Below the pieces are notes generated by a model, which had not been told where the DNA came from, ran no database searches, and saw only the letters and a list, made by a program, of their open reading frames with translations. Position numbers and translations under genes: made by a program. 64,000 bases of DNA. Source: Chiloscyllium plagiosum. Taxonomy: Eukaryota. Position 1 is the first letter of the stretch. Every line of letters starts with the position of its first letter. Location: positions 67,114,732 to 67,178,731 of the forward strand of contig NC_057718.1 in the NCBI RefSeq assembly GCF_004010195.1. Direction: 5' to 3'. This document shows positions 25,553 to 39,265 of this stretch, piece after piece.

Positions 25553-26814
25553 GAGCTTCTTATGGGACTGATGCTGTTTTGCATTTTTACGGAACACATG
25601 GCTAGAAATCAGGAGCAGCATGGGTCTGGCAAAAATGGGAGCAAAACAGCAATCCAATGAATGTGACTCAGTTTAAGATTCAAACTTTTGGAATAACACA
25701 ATGTAGAATAAGCCTGTAGCAAATGCTGCTGCTGTTTGACAATTTCTGTGTTAAGTGGAGGCAGCAAAGCATGTCTTTTGGCATGCAATCTTGTCTGTAA
25801 AAGCACCAAGGTCTTGGCAGTTGTAAACATGTCAGTGTCAATGCATCGACTTTGTTGACCTTCATGGCATTCTCACCTTCACTCTGGAACATTATCGTGT
25901 CCCCAAGGATACAATAACAGTTAATATGGTGCTATTTCAATAGCAGAAACCCACATTAATTTGTTGACGCCAGCCAAAATGTCCAAAATATTGTTTCTTT
26001 CTCTGGCTGCAATCAGATTTGCAACATTTGTCATTTGGAGTGAGTTCAGCTCCAAGAAATTGAACAGCCGCAACACAACAGTAATAGATTTGTCTTTCAT
26101 CAGCAAAACCTGAAATACAGGGCAGCATTTTCATTCCCTGGTAGGCAGTGGGAATTAGGAACATTCCCCTCTTCTGCCACTGGCTCCGGTAGCATGGCCT
26201 TTGTTGCCAAGGGTCAGGTGTCAGTGAGGCTGGGAAGGCCAACCTAGAAAATGTCCAGATCCAGCTGCAGGGACCACTAGATGCTAAGGCAGGCTTTTTA
26301 AAAGACCCACCTTAGTGCTGTGAGACTTCACTCCAACTACAATAAAACACAGAAAAGTCATTTAACCCTCATCCCTCACTCCTCACTCTTTCTCATCCCT
26401 CACATATCCCCAATGTCCCATCCATACCATCTTCTGTCCCCCCAATGGCCCTTCATGTCCCCCAGGCTAAGGTATGATACTTCCATACCCCTTCTCCCAC
26501 CAAACGGTGTATACAGTCAATAAACCTTATAGTGATAGTTGGAGGTGTAAAACATTTTGTTTTTAAAAATTATAACTTTCCATTATGGTTAAGAAGAGAC
26601 CCCTTTCTACTTCAGCACAGCAACAATCACTGTGGGTGAATGTTAATGGAAATGTAAGGCCTTACTATAGTGTACATGAGGAGGAGATTTTGAACTTATG
26701 TTTCAAAAGATTCCATCATGCAGACTAAGATTTGTGACCCCTCTGTTGTGCCGTGAACCCCATCTTTTGGATCCTCCTCTGATTGATTGCCAAAAGACAG
26801 CTGAATACTAGAGA

Positions 26815-27000
26815 AAAAAAACCCCTGCAAATCCTGGAATTCAAAGTAGACAAGCAGGAGGCTGGAAGAACACATCAAGCCAGGGCAGCATCAGGAGGGG
26901 GAGAAGTCAACGTTTCAGGTATAACCCTTCTCCAGGAATGGAGATGGGCATCGGGGTAGGGAAGCCTAGCTTGTTGTGTTCTTCTAGCCTCCTGCTTGTT
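26815..27000. mobile_element. PLE terminus fragment with a short inverted arm
   Basis: gacaagcaggaggctggaagaacaca...aacgtttcaggtataacccttctccaggaat with the inverted arm tgtgttcttctagcctcctgcttgt; decayed hammerhead core on the minus strand. Confidence 0.65.
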
Positions 27001-28704
27001 CACGTCAGGAATGCTGGCTTTAGCCTTGCTTCCTGAATAAACCCACACTCTTAAAAGGCACTCCCAAAAATCAGAAAGCCCAAGAAAAGGATGGAAATTC
27101 TGGATTTGGATCTCAGCTTCCATCTTTAAAGGACTGATTGTGTCAACCCAACTCAGCAAAAACTTAGCCCATTATCTGTTTTCTCTCTTCAAAAATGCTG
27201 TCTAACCTAAGTGTTTCCAACCATTTTTGTATTTATTTGTTTTCCAGCCTCTACAGAATTGTGCATTCATCCTCAATCTTTATTTCTCCTTCTATATCCA
27301 ATTTAACTTTGACTAACTTTATTTCCATTGTTCCCCCATGTTGCTAAAGTGAGGGATACCATGAGTTGCTTTGCTCCAGAAAATTCTGGGTCATTATTTT
27401 GTTACTTGCTGATGAACAAAATACGTATCCTCAGAGGAACAGATCAATTATAGATCAATGTAAAACTTTACAGAAAAAGTGTAGTTCCTACAAATGTAGA
27501 TTTTTGACATAAGTTACGTAAAATTTGTCCTACATATTCTTCATATTTAGATCATTCCTTTCTTAATAAAATTAAACATGTTGGGCAGAGATGTATAGTG
27601 GCTGGAGCATTAAAATTCAAAAATCATATCCTTCATTGTACAGATTAATTAGTACAACAAAAAAAATCAAATTAATGAATATCATTTTAAATGAATTTCA
27701 ATAAAACCAGGGAAGTTTTTTTGTTTACAAAGATTAGAATCAGTACAGATCAAAAATGGTTCAAAATTGCATGACGTATGAAAACAGTAAAATACCTTAT
27801 GATATTAATGTCAATCTATCAGAGACTGGAATTAAATTGGAATTCTGTTGACCAAGCAATGTTTTCTAATGTTTTCTCAAAGGCAATAGGGAACTGAAAC
27901 AAAGCTTTAGCTACAGTTTAAAGCTTCAGCATTTTTGACATCTCTCTGGCAGCTTGGGATCATTTGTTCCCAACATAGAATGTGTTCTAACAATGAGTCA
28001 GAGAACTGAGAATCAAAGTCTTTAGCTTTGTGACTTGATGTGAAGTGATGAAAGGGTAAAATGACTTTTAAAATCAATGTTTTGGTGTTGTAAAGAATTC
28101 TGCATGTTTACTATTTCTGTTCTGTTCAAATGCATTATTGCAATTGTAAAATGCTAGAATGTGTATTTTTATAATAAATATTGACTTTATGGCATGTTAA
28201 ATGGAACTGAAGTGATAACTGCACATTTTAATTCTGTGTACCCGATAAGTCCAAATTTCAAAGCTATTCTGCATTTCATTTTCTTCATGTCAAGCTACAA
28301 AGTGAAAAATCTCATCCTATCTTCTAAACTCACTGCTACAATATGTTCTATTTTAGGACAATTGGGATCTGTGAGTTTAATTATTCATCCCCACTATGGG
28401 GATTTTGTAATGATCGTGGAAAGAGGTAGCTCACACAATGTAATGAGCATTAAAGTGAGATTTGCCATTTATAATGGACCTAGTTAAAGATAAGTCAATT
28501 AATTTAAATTTAGTTCTCCAGCTTCGCAGTTGGCAGATCTGCAAGACTGGAAAAATGTAATAAATTGTTCTAAAACTATCCTTTCTTGTTTAAGTTTTTA
28601 AATGGACATTTCTGGAATAAAATAGCGATTACGTGTTTCAAGTTGATTACAATTGTGTTTGTTTAAACACCTCATACCAAGCCAGATACATAATAAAAAA
28701 ACAA

Positions 28705-28910
28705 GTTAGAGGTAAAGTCGCCTCAGCCCTATCAGACCATAGGTTTGCTCTGTCATTAGAGAGAGACAGCTGGTGATGGTGTAATCTGAGGGTCACCACA
28801 TTTCAGGACAGGGGAAAGTTGAGAAGGAGAGTCCTTCATGATAGCATCAGCCAATGCAGGAATTGATACCATGCTGTTGGCATCACTCTGCATTGCAAAC
28901 CAGCCATTCA
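28705..28910 (-). mobile_element. tRNA-derived SINE remnant (not HE1)
   Basis: Minus strand has a tRNA-like head (tggctggtttgcaatgcagagtgatgccaacagc..tcaattcc) followed by a SINE-like body. Confidence 0.5.
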
Positions 28911-29279
28911 AGATAAATTTAAAAACTCACTTCAGTGGATTGCCACTTTGCAGTGGTGGAGAGGCTTGGGTGTTCCGTTGATTTCAAGAGTGATGATATT
29001 AGGAGTTCTCAACTTCTGACAACACTATCCATGTTGCTAAGGTCAGAAGTGAGGAACCAGACAAAATGTAATCCTAAAGCAGACCTCAATGGTGATCCAT
29101 GTGACATCAACAACTGTGATGACAGATGAAAGCTGTGGCAGTAGGGAGATTCCCAGCTGTCAAAGTTTCATTGTCATTGGAACTGGATCTATCTTCTATC
29201 AAGGATTTTGTGTTTTCTGATATGCAACAGCATTCTCATGTTCCTGCACAAGACACCCACCTAGAGGAATTCTATTCCC

Positions 29280-29330
29280 ACACAGGCACGCGCACACGTA
29301 CACACACACACACGTACACACACACACACA

Positions 29331-29361
<31 letters not shown>
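29280..29361. repeat. Imperfect (CA)n microsatellite
   Basis: About 40 CA/CG/TA dinucleotide units. Confidence 0.95.
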
Positions 29362-29965
29362 CAGTTGGTGAGAGGTGATGGGGATCTGGAAGTCCCTACC
29401 TTCAGACTGGCACATAGGTGGTGGAACTTAACTCAATTGTTTTGTTCTTGGAATATGAACAGGAGAATGTTTCCTTATCGGTCTTCACAGTTGAGCAGCA
29501 TTCTTGAGGATTGTCACTGCTCGCATTGCATGGAGAAGGGAATGTGAAAAATGGCATAACCTGCTTTTCAGCAACTTCTAATGATTAAATAAAATAAATC
29601 CCTGACACTCACTTTGCAATCAAAGTAAAATGTATTTATCTAACTCTAACTGTGAACAAATTAACTAAATGATTATCAAGCTGAATATAGCCCTTCTAAC
29701 TACTAACTATTTCTGAATAAACCAAGATTCTAATCGTATGCTGTTCCAATAAATATAAATCCCACTCATATATAAAAAGACACAATTTAATCTCTTGAAA
29801 TTACAGCCAGGTTACGTGTCTTCTGGAATGTTCTGTGCCTTCTCCGTCAATTCTTCTGTTAGGAATATTAACTGGTTGTGCTGTTGGCACTATTATTATT
29901 GAGATGGTACTTTCTCTAAGACACAGATGAGCATGTGGGAGTGATGGTGATGGTACTTCAGGGCA

Positions 29966-30310
29966 GAGGAGAAAATCAAAGTTTGTGAGAAGATTTGTAG
30001 CTCGGGTGCTCGTTGCTGTGGTTCTGTTCGCCGAGCTGAAAGTTTTTGTTGCAAACGTTTCGTTCCCTGTCTAGGTGACATCCTCAGTGCTTGGGAGCCT
30101 CCTGTGAAGCGCTTCTGTGGCGTTTCCTCCGGCGTTTATAGTGGCCTATCCCTGCCGCTTCCCCCTTGGCCCCACCCCCACATTCCTGATGGAGGGCTTA
30201 TGCTCAAAACATCGACTCTCCTGCTCCTCGGATGTTGCCTGACTGGCTGTCCTTTTCCAGCACCACACTTTTGATTCTGATCTCCAGCATCTGCGGTCCT
30301 CACTTTCTCC
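29966..30310. mobile_element. Two adjacent PLE termini: family C (-, ~29966-30160) and family A (+, ~30165-30310)
   Basis: gtttgtgagaagatttgtagctcgggtgctcgttg..gcaaacgtttcg..catcctcagtgc, followed by cattcctgat..ccagcatctgcggtcctcactttctcc. Confidence 0.75.
30051..30090 (-). ncRNA. Minimal hammerhead ribozyme motif (PLE family C) with intact core
   Basis: RNA: GCA-CUGAGGA-U-GUCACCU AGAC AGGGAAC-GAAAC-GUU-UGC. It has CUGANGA, an imperfect stem II, GAAA, the NUH site GUU, stem I GCA/UGC and a palindromic ACGU stem III. Confidence 0.75.
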
Positions 30311-30856
30311 ATATCTTTCTAAACCCCTCAACCGCTCCTCATATGACAAGTCTTTCCATCACAGGGCTATAACATTAGAGGGAAGACTGGGCACACCGTA
30401 TTTTTATGACACTAGCTGGCACACTGGTTGGGAGTAGTCAAGGCCCTGTGGTAGCCAAGGGCATTGTTAGCGGATCAGGAGACTTGTCAGGAGATTGTTA
30501 GTGGGGATTTCGGAGGGTCAGTGTTAATGATGGAGGATGGCTAAAAATGCACTCATGCAAGAATTAGACTTTGATATTTTAATCTAACATTTTCTGTCCA
30601 GGTAAGTAAATTTGAACAATTTGAAATCTCTGATTTTAGCTTAGAGCAGGGAATTCTTTCAGAAGGCCTAAAGAGTTGGGAAATTACCCATTGGACGTTT
30701 AAGTGTCCCAATTACTTCTCACAGAGGTTAACGTGTAGGATTTCTGTGGGATCCTGATGCACCCTTTGGGTCATATATCTAGCCTCTAATAACTCAGAGA
30801 TGAGAACATCTGAGCCTGCGTTCAGCTCATCTCTTGTGCAAAAGTTAATTATTCAT

Positions 30857-32118
30857 TGTATGATAAAACTATGGCTTTAAAAGGTGTATTTTGTCTTAGT
30901 GTTTTTATCAAAAAAGGTTGAGACAGAGGTACCAAATGATCTGTTCAAAGCCAATAAAGTAAACAGCTTGTGAGGCTTTTTAAGTTGGAGCAATAGAAGC
31001 AGCCTGAATGGATGGAGTCAAGCTCCCATACAACCAGGAATTTTAGCTTTAGCTTTCTGCACTTGCTGGAGTCTTGAAGCTGAATGTGGAAACTCTTCTT
31101 CCTTTCACTGGTACATCTAGAAGGTGGGATTCCCTTCATACTGTTAGAATTGTATGTGAGACAATCTAGTTTACTGAATTTGCCTTTGCCATAGATGTGT
31201 TTATGAGATGTTCCTATATTGGAACAGTTAATCAGTAGTAGCTAATATGAATATTGTTTTGTTAAGCATTTACGGTGGTATGGTGACTCAGTGATTAGCA
31301 TTGCTATCTCACAACACCAGGGAATTGAGTTTAATTCCACTCTCAGGTGAGTCTCTGTATGGATTAGATTAGATTCCCTGCAGGGTGGAATCAAGCCCTT
31401 TGGCCCAACCAGTCCACAACAACCCTCCGAAGAGTAACCCACCCAGACCCATTTCCCTCTGACTAATGCACCCAACACTTTGGGCAATTTAGCATGGCCA
31501 ATTCACCTGACCTGCACAGCTTTGGACTGTGGGAGGAAACTGGAGCACACGGAGGAAACCCACGCAGAAACAGGGAGAATGTGCAAATTCCACACAGACA
31601 GTCGCCTGAGGCTGGAATTGAACCTGGGACGGTGGTGCTGTGAGGCAGCAGTGCTAACCACTGAGCCACCATTTCACCCCATGTCTGGTTATATTTCCCC
31701 CAGGTGCCCTGGTTTCTTTCCACAGTCCAAAGATATGCAGATTAATGGATTTCCCAGTGTCCAGGGATGTGCAAGAGATGTTAGACTGGCCATGGTAAAT
31801 GCAGGGTTATAGGTTAGGGGGGTGGATCAGGGTGAGAAGCTCTTTGGAGGGTCAGCATGGATTCAATGGGCTGAATAGTCTGCTTCCATGCTGTAGGGAT
31901 TTTATGATTCCATGATTTTGAAAGAATTACAATTAAGCCAATTCTTTTGTTTTATTTTGTCTTTTTTTGTGAGTGTTTTGCTTAAAGTCAAGTAGGTTGA
32001 TCAATTGAATTATATCTGGAACACAACGCTTTACACTTATCTTTAAAATAAAAAAAATATCTGAGGTTATCTTCTCAGTATAATTGCAGGGAGTTTGGTC
32101 TGGTCTATTATTCACAAC
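30857..32118 (+). mobile_element. Probable Gypsy solo LTR interrupted by nested HE1 SINEs
   Basis: Starts with TG. Shares blocks with the LTR at 44719-46603 (ccatagatgtgtttatg vs ccaagggatgtgtttatg; ggtctggtct 3' end). No TSD found. Confidence 0.45.
31274..31912. mobile_element. HE1 SINE (-, 31362-31680) nested inside an older HE1 SINE (+)
   Basis: The outer copy's tRNA head at 31274-31361 resumes at 31681. The inner copy has a tRNA head, V-domain and tagattaga tail in reverse. Confidence 0.85.
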
Positions 32119-32908
32119 GCTGCATCTTTCCAGCCATCAGCTGTGATGTGCCAATTTTGTCTGTTAGCTATCAGCATTTTTGGAGATCATGCAGGGTGAT
32201 GGGTTCTGAAATTTCTCTGTGGAATGGAACACAGTGCTGAACAAGACACACAGCCTTCTTTGTATCAGGTTTCCACATGAATGCAGAGAATTACAATATA
32301 TCATAAGACCGATGAACCTGGCCACATGTTTCTGACTGTCATGATGCACTGACATCCTGTGAAGAAGTGTTACACCAAGCAGCCTATCATTTTCTTTATT
32401 CACTCATGGGATGTGGGCATCACTGGCTGGACAACATTTATTGACTGTACCTAGTTTCCCTTGAGAAGGTGGTGGTGAGCTTCTTTGTTGAATCACTGCA
32501 GTCTACATGATGTAGGTTGACCAACAATGCCCTTACAGAGGGTAATAGTGAAGGAATGAGAGTGAAAGAGCAGTGACATATTTGCAAGTCAGCCTCGTTC
32601 TTAGTTTGGAGGGGAACCTGAAGCTGGAAGTATTCCCAGGTATCTTCTGCCCTTATCCTTCAAGATAAAAGTGGTCATGGATTTGAAAGGTGCTGTCAAA
32701 GGATCTTTGGTGAATTTCAAGATGCAGTGCATCTTGTTGAAAGTGCACATGACTGCTACTGAACATCGGTGGTGGAGAGAGTGGATGCTTGAAGTTGTAG
32801 TGCCAATCAAGTGGATTGCTTTGGATTGTAGCAAGCTCCTTGATTATTCTTGGAGCTGCACCCATCCAGGCAAATAAGGAGTATTCCAATACATTTCCAA
32901 TACACCGT

Positions 32909-33208
32909 GGGCAGCACGATGGCACAGTGGTTAGCACTGCTGCCTCACAGCGCCAGAGACCTGGGTTCAATTCTCGCCTCAAGTGACTGACTGTGTGGTG
33001 TTTGCACATTCTCCCCGTGTCTGCGTGGGTTTCCTCCGGGTGCTCCAGTTTCCTCCCACAGTCACAAAGATGTGCAGGTCAGGTGAATTGGCCATGCTAA
33101 TAGTGTTAGTTGAAGGGGTAAATGTATGGGTGGGTTGCGCTTTGGCGGGTTGGTGTGGACTTGTTGGGCCAAACGGCCTGTTTCCACTACTGTAAGTAAT
33201 CTAATCTA
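32909..33208 (+). mobile_element. HE1 (V-type) SINE
   Basis: gggcagcacgatggcacagtggttagcactgctgcctcacag, B-box ggttcaattc, V-domain gtttgcacattctccccgtgtctgcgtgggtttcctccggg, CR1-like tail taatctaatcta. Confidence 0.93.
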
Positions 33209-33310
33209 AAACTTGTGCGTGGTAGTTCGTGGACAGGCTTTGGGGAGCCAAGATGATGAATTACTCACTGTAGCTTCTGACCTACTGTTGTATCCATTTT
33301 GTTTATATTT

Positions 33311-33648
33311 TCACGGAATGTCTACAGTGGGGAAGCAGGCCATTTGGCCCCTCGAGTCAACACCAACCCTCTGAAGGGCAGCCACCTAGACTCAACCCAT
33401 CCTTGAATTCCCATGGCTAATCCACATAATGTATACATCCCTGGACACTGTGGACAGTTTGACATGGCAAATCCACCTAAACCACAAATCTTTAGACTAT
33501 GGGAGGAAACTGGAACACTCAAAGGAAACCCAAGTGGACACGGGCAGAATGTGCAAACTCCACACAGAGAGTCACCAAAGGCTGGAATTGAACATGGCCC
33601 CTGGCACTGTGAGGCATCAGTGCTAACCACCGAGCCACCATGCCACCC
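33311..33648 (-). mobile_element. HE1 SINE (older)
   Basis: Reverse-complement tRNA head and V-domain. Confidence 0.88.
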
Positions 33649-35726
33649 TTATGTGGTGAGTCTACTTGAGTTGCTGGTCATTGACATCTCCCAGCATGTT
33701 GATAGTGCAGTTTCTGTGATGGTAATACTATGGAATGTCAAGGTGGTGAGATAGTTTCTTATTGGAGATTGTCATTGCCTAGCATTTGTGTGGCACTCAT
33801 GTTACTTGCCACTTGTCAGCCCAAGCTGGATATGGTCCATGTTTATTGCATTTGAACATGGTCCTTTCAGTATCTGAGGCATCGTGAGTGGTGCTGAACA
33901 TCATTGACAAACATGCCCACTTCTGACTTTATGATGGAGGGCATTAATGAAGCAGCTGAAGATGGTTGAGTCTGGGATATTATCCTGAGGGACTCTTGCA
34001 GAGATGTGCTGGAAGTGAGATGATTGACCTCCATCAACCACAGCCATCTTCCTATGTGCCAGGTATGAGTTCAACCAGCAGATAGTTTGTCCCCTAATCT
34101 CTAGATTACAATCTTTCTAGGTCTCCTTGATGCCACACTGGTTAAAATTGACCTCAATGTCAATGGCTGTCACTTACCTCAGCTCTGGAATTCAGGTCTT
34201 TTGTCTATGTTTGAACCAAGGCTATAAAGGGCCCGAATGGAGCCCAAACTGGGCGTCACTAAGCAGGTAGTTGTTGGGCAGGTACTGCTTAATAACACTG
34301 TTGATGACATGTTCCATCACTTTACTAATGATCGAGAATAGACTGAAGGGGTGGTAATTGGCCATGTTGGATTTGTGTTACTTTTTGTACTTTTTCAGGT
34401 AGATACCAGTGTTGTAATTGTAGTGGAAGAGTTTGAACAGGGTAACGACAAGTACTAGAGCACAGGTCTTCAGTACCATTGCCAGAATGTTGTCAAGGCC
34501 CAAAGTCCTTGCAATATCCAATGCATCCAAGTGTTTATTGATTTCATGTGAAATGAATTGAATTGGCTGAAGACTGATGTCCATGATGCTGGGGACCATT
34601 GGAGGAGACTAGGATGCATCATGCACTCGGCACTTCTGGCTGAAGGTCAGCCTTATCTTTTGCACCGATGTACAGGGCTCTTCCATCACAGAGGATGGAA
34701 ATATTTCTTGGAGCCTCCTGCTCCCATAAGTCATTTAATTGTTAACCACCATTTATGACTGGATATGGCTAGATTCAGAGCTTAGATCTGATCAGTTTGT
34801 TGTGGGATTGCTTACCTCTATCTATCATTTGCTGCTATCACATGCTGGTTAGCACACAGGTTGCCCTGTTTGGTAGATTTACCAGGCTGACACCTTTTTT
34901 AGGTATGCCTGGACATGTTCCTGGTGTGCCCTCTGCAATCTCCATTAAACCAGGGTTGATTTTCCTTGGCTTGATGGTAATGCTAAATTGGAGTGTATGT
35001 TGGGCCATGAGGTTGCAGATTGTGCTGGAGTGTAATTCTGCTGCTGTTGGTGGCCATAGTGGATCATGGAAGCCCAGGTGAGGGTGGCAGATTTCTTTCC
35101 CTGAAGGACATTGAATTCTATTCATGGGTTTCTTTTCAGTTCATTTCTGATTATGCTTTATACCCTCCACCTTCCTACTTTTGGAAAATAATAGCAATTA
35201 TCTAAAATCTGTGTGATGGTTTCTAAAAACTTAAAATTGATTTTTTTCCTCAATTAAAATATTGGCATGTTTAATCACATGTATGGGCAGGACAGATCTA
35301 ACAGCAGCTATAAGAGCAAGGCCAAAAATAACTACTGACATATCATATTGATCAAAATAAATGGTACCTTCAAAACATTTGATCAAGTTGGCATTAGAGC
35401 TAGTCGTTCCCAGGACAGATTTTGTCAATCTCACAAATAGAATTCTCTGGAATTCTCTGCCACAGAAAATTGTTGAGGCAAAAGCATTGAATGTTTTCAA
35501 GAAGGAGATAGATATAGTCCTGAGGACTAAAGGGATGAAAGGGTAAGGAGGGGAAAGCAGGTACAGAGAACTGAATTAGATGATCAGCCATGATCATATT
35601 GAATGGTGGAACAGACTCGAAGGGCTGCTGTTCTTATTTTCTACATTATCTTTACAACCTCTTGAAATCTAGTTTCCACTCTGCCCATATTATAGAAATA
35701 ACCCCTGTCAGAGTAATGCAACATTT

Positions 35727-36598
35727 AAGGATCAGTGCTGGGTCCTCTACATTTTGTTATTTACATAAATGATTTGGATGCGAGCATAAGAGGTACAGTT
35801 AGTAAGTTTGCAGATGACACCAAAATTGGAGGTGTAGTGGACAGTGAAGAGGGTTACCTCAGATGACAACAGGATCTTGACCAGAGACCTTGGAGTGCAG
35901 GTTCACAGCTCCTTGAAAGTGGAGTCGCAGGTAGATAGGATAGTGAAGAAGGCGTTTGGTATGCTTTCCTTTATCGGTCAGAGTATTGAGTACAGGAGTT
36001 GGGAGGTCATGTTGCGGCTGTACAGGACATTGGTTAGTACACTGTTGGAATATTGCATGCAATTCTGGTCTCTTTCCTATCGGAAAGATGTTGTGAAACT
36101 TGAAAGGGTTCAAAAAATATTTACAAGGAGGTTGCCAGGGTTGGAGGATTTGAGTTATAGGGAGAGGCTGAACAGCTCCAGTTTTCCCTGGAGCTTCAGA
36201 AGCTGAGGGGTGACCTTATAGAGGTTTACAAAATTATGAGGGGCATGGATGGGGTAAATAGGCAAAGTCTTTTCCCTGGGGTGGGGAAGTCCAGAACTAG
36301 GGGACAGAGGTTTAGGGTGAGAGGCGAAAGATATAAAAGAGACCTATAGGGAAACTTTTTCACACAGAAGGTGGTATGTGTATGGAATGAGCTGCCAGAG
36401 GAAGTGGTGGAGGCTGGTACAATTGCGATATTTAAGAGGAATTTGGATGGGTATATGAATAGGAAGGGTTTGGAGGGATGTGGGCTGGGTGCTGGCAAGT
36501 GGAACTAGGTTGGGTTGGGATATCTGGTCGGCATGGACGGGTTGGACCGAAGGGTCTGTTTCTGTGCTGTACGTCTCTATGACTCTATGACTCTATGA
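35727..36598 (+). mobile_element. CR1 LINE 3' fragment with internal deletion
   Basis: KFADDTKIGG, QVDRIVKKAFGMLSFIGQ and NELPEEVVEAG motifs; (GACTCTAT)n tail. Confidence 0.92.
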
Positions 36599-37049
36599 TC
36601 CTGCTTTGGCCCTTCTCATTATCTTTAATTGTGCAGAGGATTGATACCATTGATAATTCTGACTTCTTTCCTATGTTGCTCAAATGGTTTCTCCTCAGAG
36701 ATTATGCACTGTTGGTGTTATGTTAGACCCATCACTTATTCTCTCTTCCCTTTGCTTTCTATGCTTCTTTTCAATGTGGTCATCCAAAAAGTTGTAATTA
36801 AATTCTGTATTTCTTCACTGCTAATTCACTTGCTTTCCAAACCTACACAACTCCCAAGACAATTCAAATATTGAGTTGCTTGTTCTGTGTTTTCCAATGT
36901 AACCATATTACAAATGATCTCTTAAATGACCTCTTCTACCTGCCACCTGACTAGCATGATGGAATAATAATAGAATAATTGATTAATCAAAGTAAAGTAG
37001 GTTTGAATACAGTAAAGCAGATATCAGGTATCAGCAGATAAAGCAAATG

Positions 37050-38220
37050 AGATCATAGTTGCTCTGAGAGTTCTCAAACTCCACTTTCTTGCCTTTTCGG
37101 TATAACCCTTGATTCCAGATTAAAAATCTGTCTATGTCAGTTTTGAATACACTTAATATCCCTGTCTCAACAGCCCTCTGCAGTAAGGAATTCACTGCTT
37201 TCAGAGACAAAATTTGTCCTTCTTCTTCTCTTAAAGTGTGACCTCTTATCTGAGATTATGTCCTCTGGCCTTAAATTCTTTCATAAGTGGAAACAGCTTT
37301 TTTGTAATAATGATGTCAAGTCCTCTAAGAACCTGTGTGTTTCAATAAGGCACCTCTCATTTTTGGGGAGAAAGTGAGGTCTGCAGATGCTGGAGATCAG
37401 AGATGGAAATGTGTTGCTGGAAAAGCGCAGCAGGTCATTTTGTAATAATGATGTCAAGTCCTCTAAGAACCTGTGTGTTTCAATAAGGCACCTCTCATTT
37501 TTCTCTATTCCAATGAGGACTGTTCTCCTCATAGAACAGTCCCTCAGTGTCTGCTATCAACCTGGTGAATCTTCTCTGAACTGCCTCTAACGTATATTTA
37601 CTAAGTCAGAAGTCACACAACACTAAGTTATAGTACAAGCTTATTTGATATCACAGGCTTTCAGAGCACTGCTACTTTGTCAGGTGAAGTGATTAATTGC
37701 TTAGTTAATCACTTGACAAAGGAGCAGTGCTCAAAAACTTTGTGATTTTAAATAAACCTGTTGTATTATAATTTGGTGTTGTGTGCCTTCTGACTTTGTC
37801 CATAACAGTCCAACACTAGCATCTCTGCATCATATTTCCTACTTGTGTGTTGTTTAGTTTTAGCAAAACATTCCCATTTTTATATTGCATTCTTTTTGAA
37901 ATAATGGCCAACATTCAATTTGCCTTCTCTGTTAGCCACTGAACTTGGAAGATAGCTTTTTGTGATTTGGGCATGAGGAATCCCAAATCCCTCTGTGCCT
38001 TAGCTTTCTGCAATCTTTCCTGAACTAAATAATATCCAATTCCTGTGTTTTTCCTGTCAAAGTGTTCAACCTCATGTTTCCTTACTTTATATTCCATTTG
38101 CCAAACTTTTGCCTAATCACACAATCTCTCTATCCCGATCTGTAGACTCTTTGTATCATCCTCATGACTTGCTTTCCTACCTATCATTATGTCATCCACA
38201 AACGTGGGGATCGTACATGC
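37050..38220 (-). mobile_element. Old CR1 3' fragment carrying two PLE-terminus inserts (37365-37437 and ~37603-37831)
   Basis: Minus-strand LIETHRFL and RDLG.L motifs plus CR1 3'UTR; inserts recognised by their PLE terminal sequences. Confidence 0.7.
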
Positions 38221-39005
38221 TGGTTACTGCTGAAGTTATGAAAGGCATTACATAAGTGCAAGTTTTTCCATGAAGTCATGTGTTGTAGATTCATCAGTAG
38301 GTGGCCCATATTTAGATGTGCCTTGTTCTGTACTGAAGATGTCCACATTTTCCATTCTTTGAATTATGTTTGATCCCCTGGCTTGATGATATGGTAGCAT
38401 GAGGTTCATACCAGACCAATGAGCTGCTGTTGGCCCACAATGTGTTGTGGATAATCAGCTTTGAACAGCTAGATTTGCTTTATATCTGTCCCATTTAGCA
38501 TGGCTATTGTGCCACACAATACAATGGGGTTGGGGAGTGGAAAAGTGTTATTCAGTATGCACATATTGACTGTGGGCAGTCCCTCCTCTTGGTACCATTA
38601 TAGGATAGTTGAATCTGCGAAAGGTGGAGAGGTAATAAGATAGTTAAGTATATTTCTCATTCAATTTAGTTCTCGCATCACCTCGCAATGGGCCTGTAAG
38701 TTCCCCAGAGTACATTTTGTATCCATGACAATCTCAGTTCTTCTTTAAAGTGACGTTCAACATGGAGAAGCACTGATGCAACAGTTAAGATGCAAGTAGG
38801 GTGGAGATCAGTCAGTTTCTTTTCCTAACTTGGACTGATACCATCAGACTTCATGGAAATTAGAATTAATGCTGAGAACCTTCAGGACTACTTCCTTCCA
38901 AATATACATCACTGGGCCACCACCTCTGGTGTTATTATCCTATCAGTGGACAGGATGAATCCAAGGATGGTGAAAGTGATGTCTGGGATGTTGGTGAATA
39001 TAATA

Positions 39006-39265
39006 CAGTAGCGCCTCGACTTATGAACTTAATCCGTTCCGGGACCCGGTTCGCGAACTGAAAAGTTTGCGAACTGAATCAATTTTCCCATTGTTCGGAT
39101 ATTCAAAGCGCGCATAGCAAAGCAGAACAATGACAATGAAGCCACAGGATTTTTGCGTTCGTACCTTGAATTTCGTACATACGTTGAAGCAAAGTTTTAC
39201 GTACAATCCTGTTCGTAAACCGATTTGTTCGTGAACGGGGTCATTCGTATGTCGAGGCGCTACTG
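39006..39265. mobile_element. Tigger/pogo-type (Tc1-mariner) MITE
   Basis: TIRs cagtagcgcctcgac..ta.gaa / ttc.ta..gtcgaggcgctactg, TA at both flanks, 260 bp, CpG-rich. Confidence 0.9.

Larger units (their letters stand above)
32391..35120 (-). mobile_element. Old CR1/L2-group LINE carrying two HE1 insertions
   Basis: 3' end ttattcactcatgggatgtgggcatcactggc; RT peptide LDALDIAR.LGLDNILAMVLKTCA...LFKLF...TGIY at 34378-34599. Confidence 0.7.

Noticed and set aside
29126..29371. His/Thr-repeat protein ORF
   Set aside because: It is the translation of the (CA)n microsatellite.
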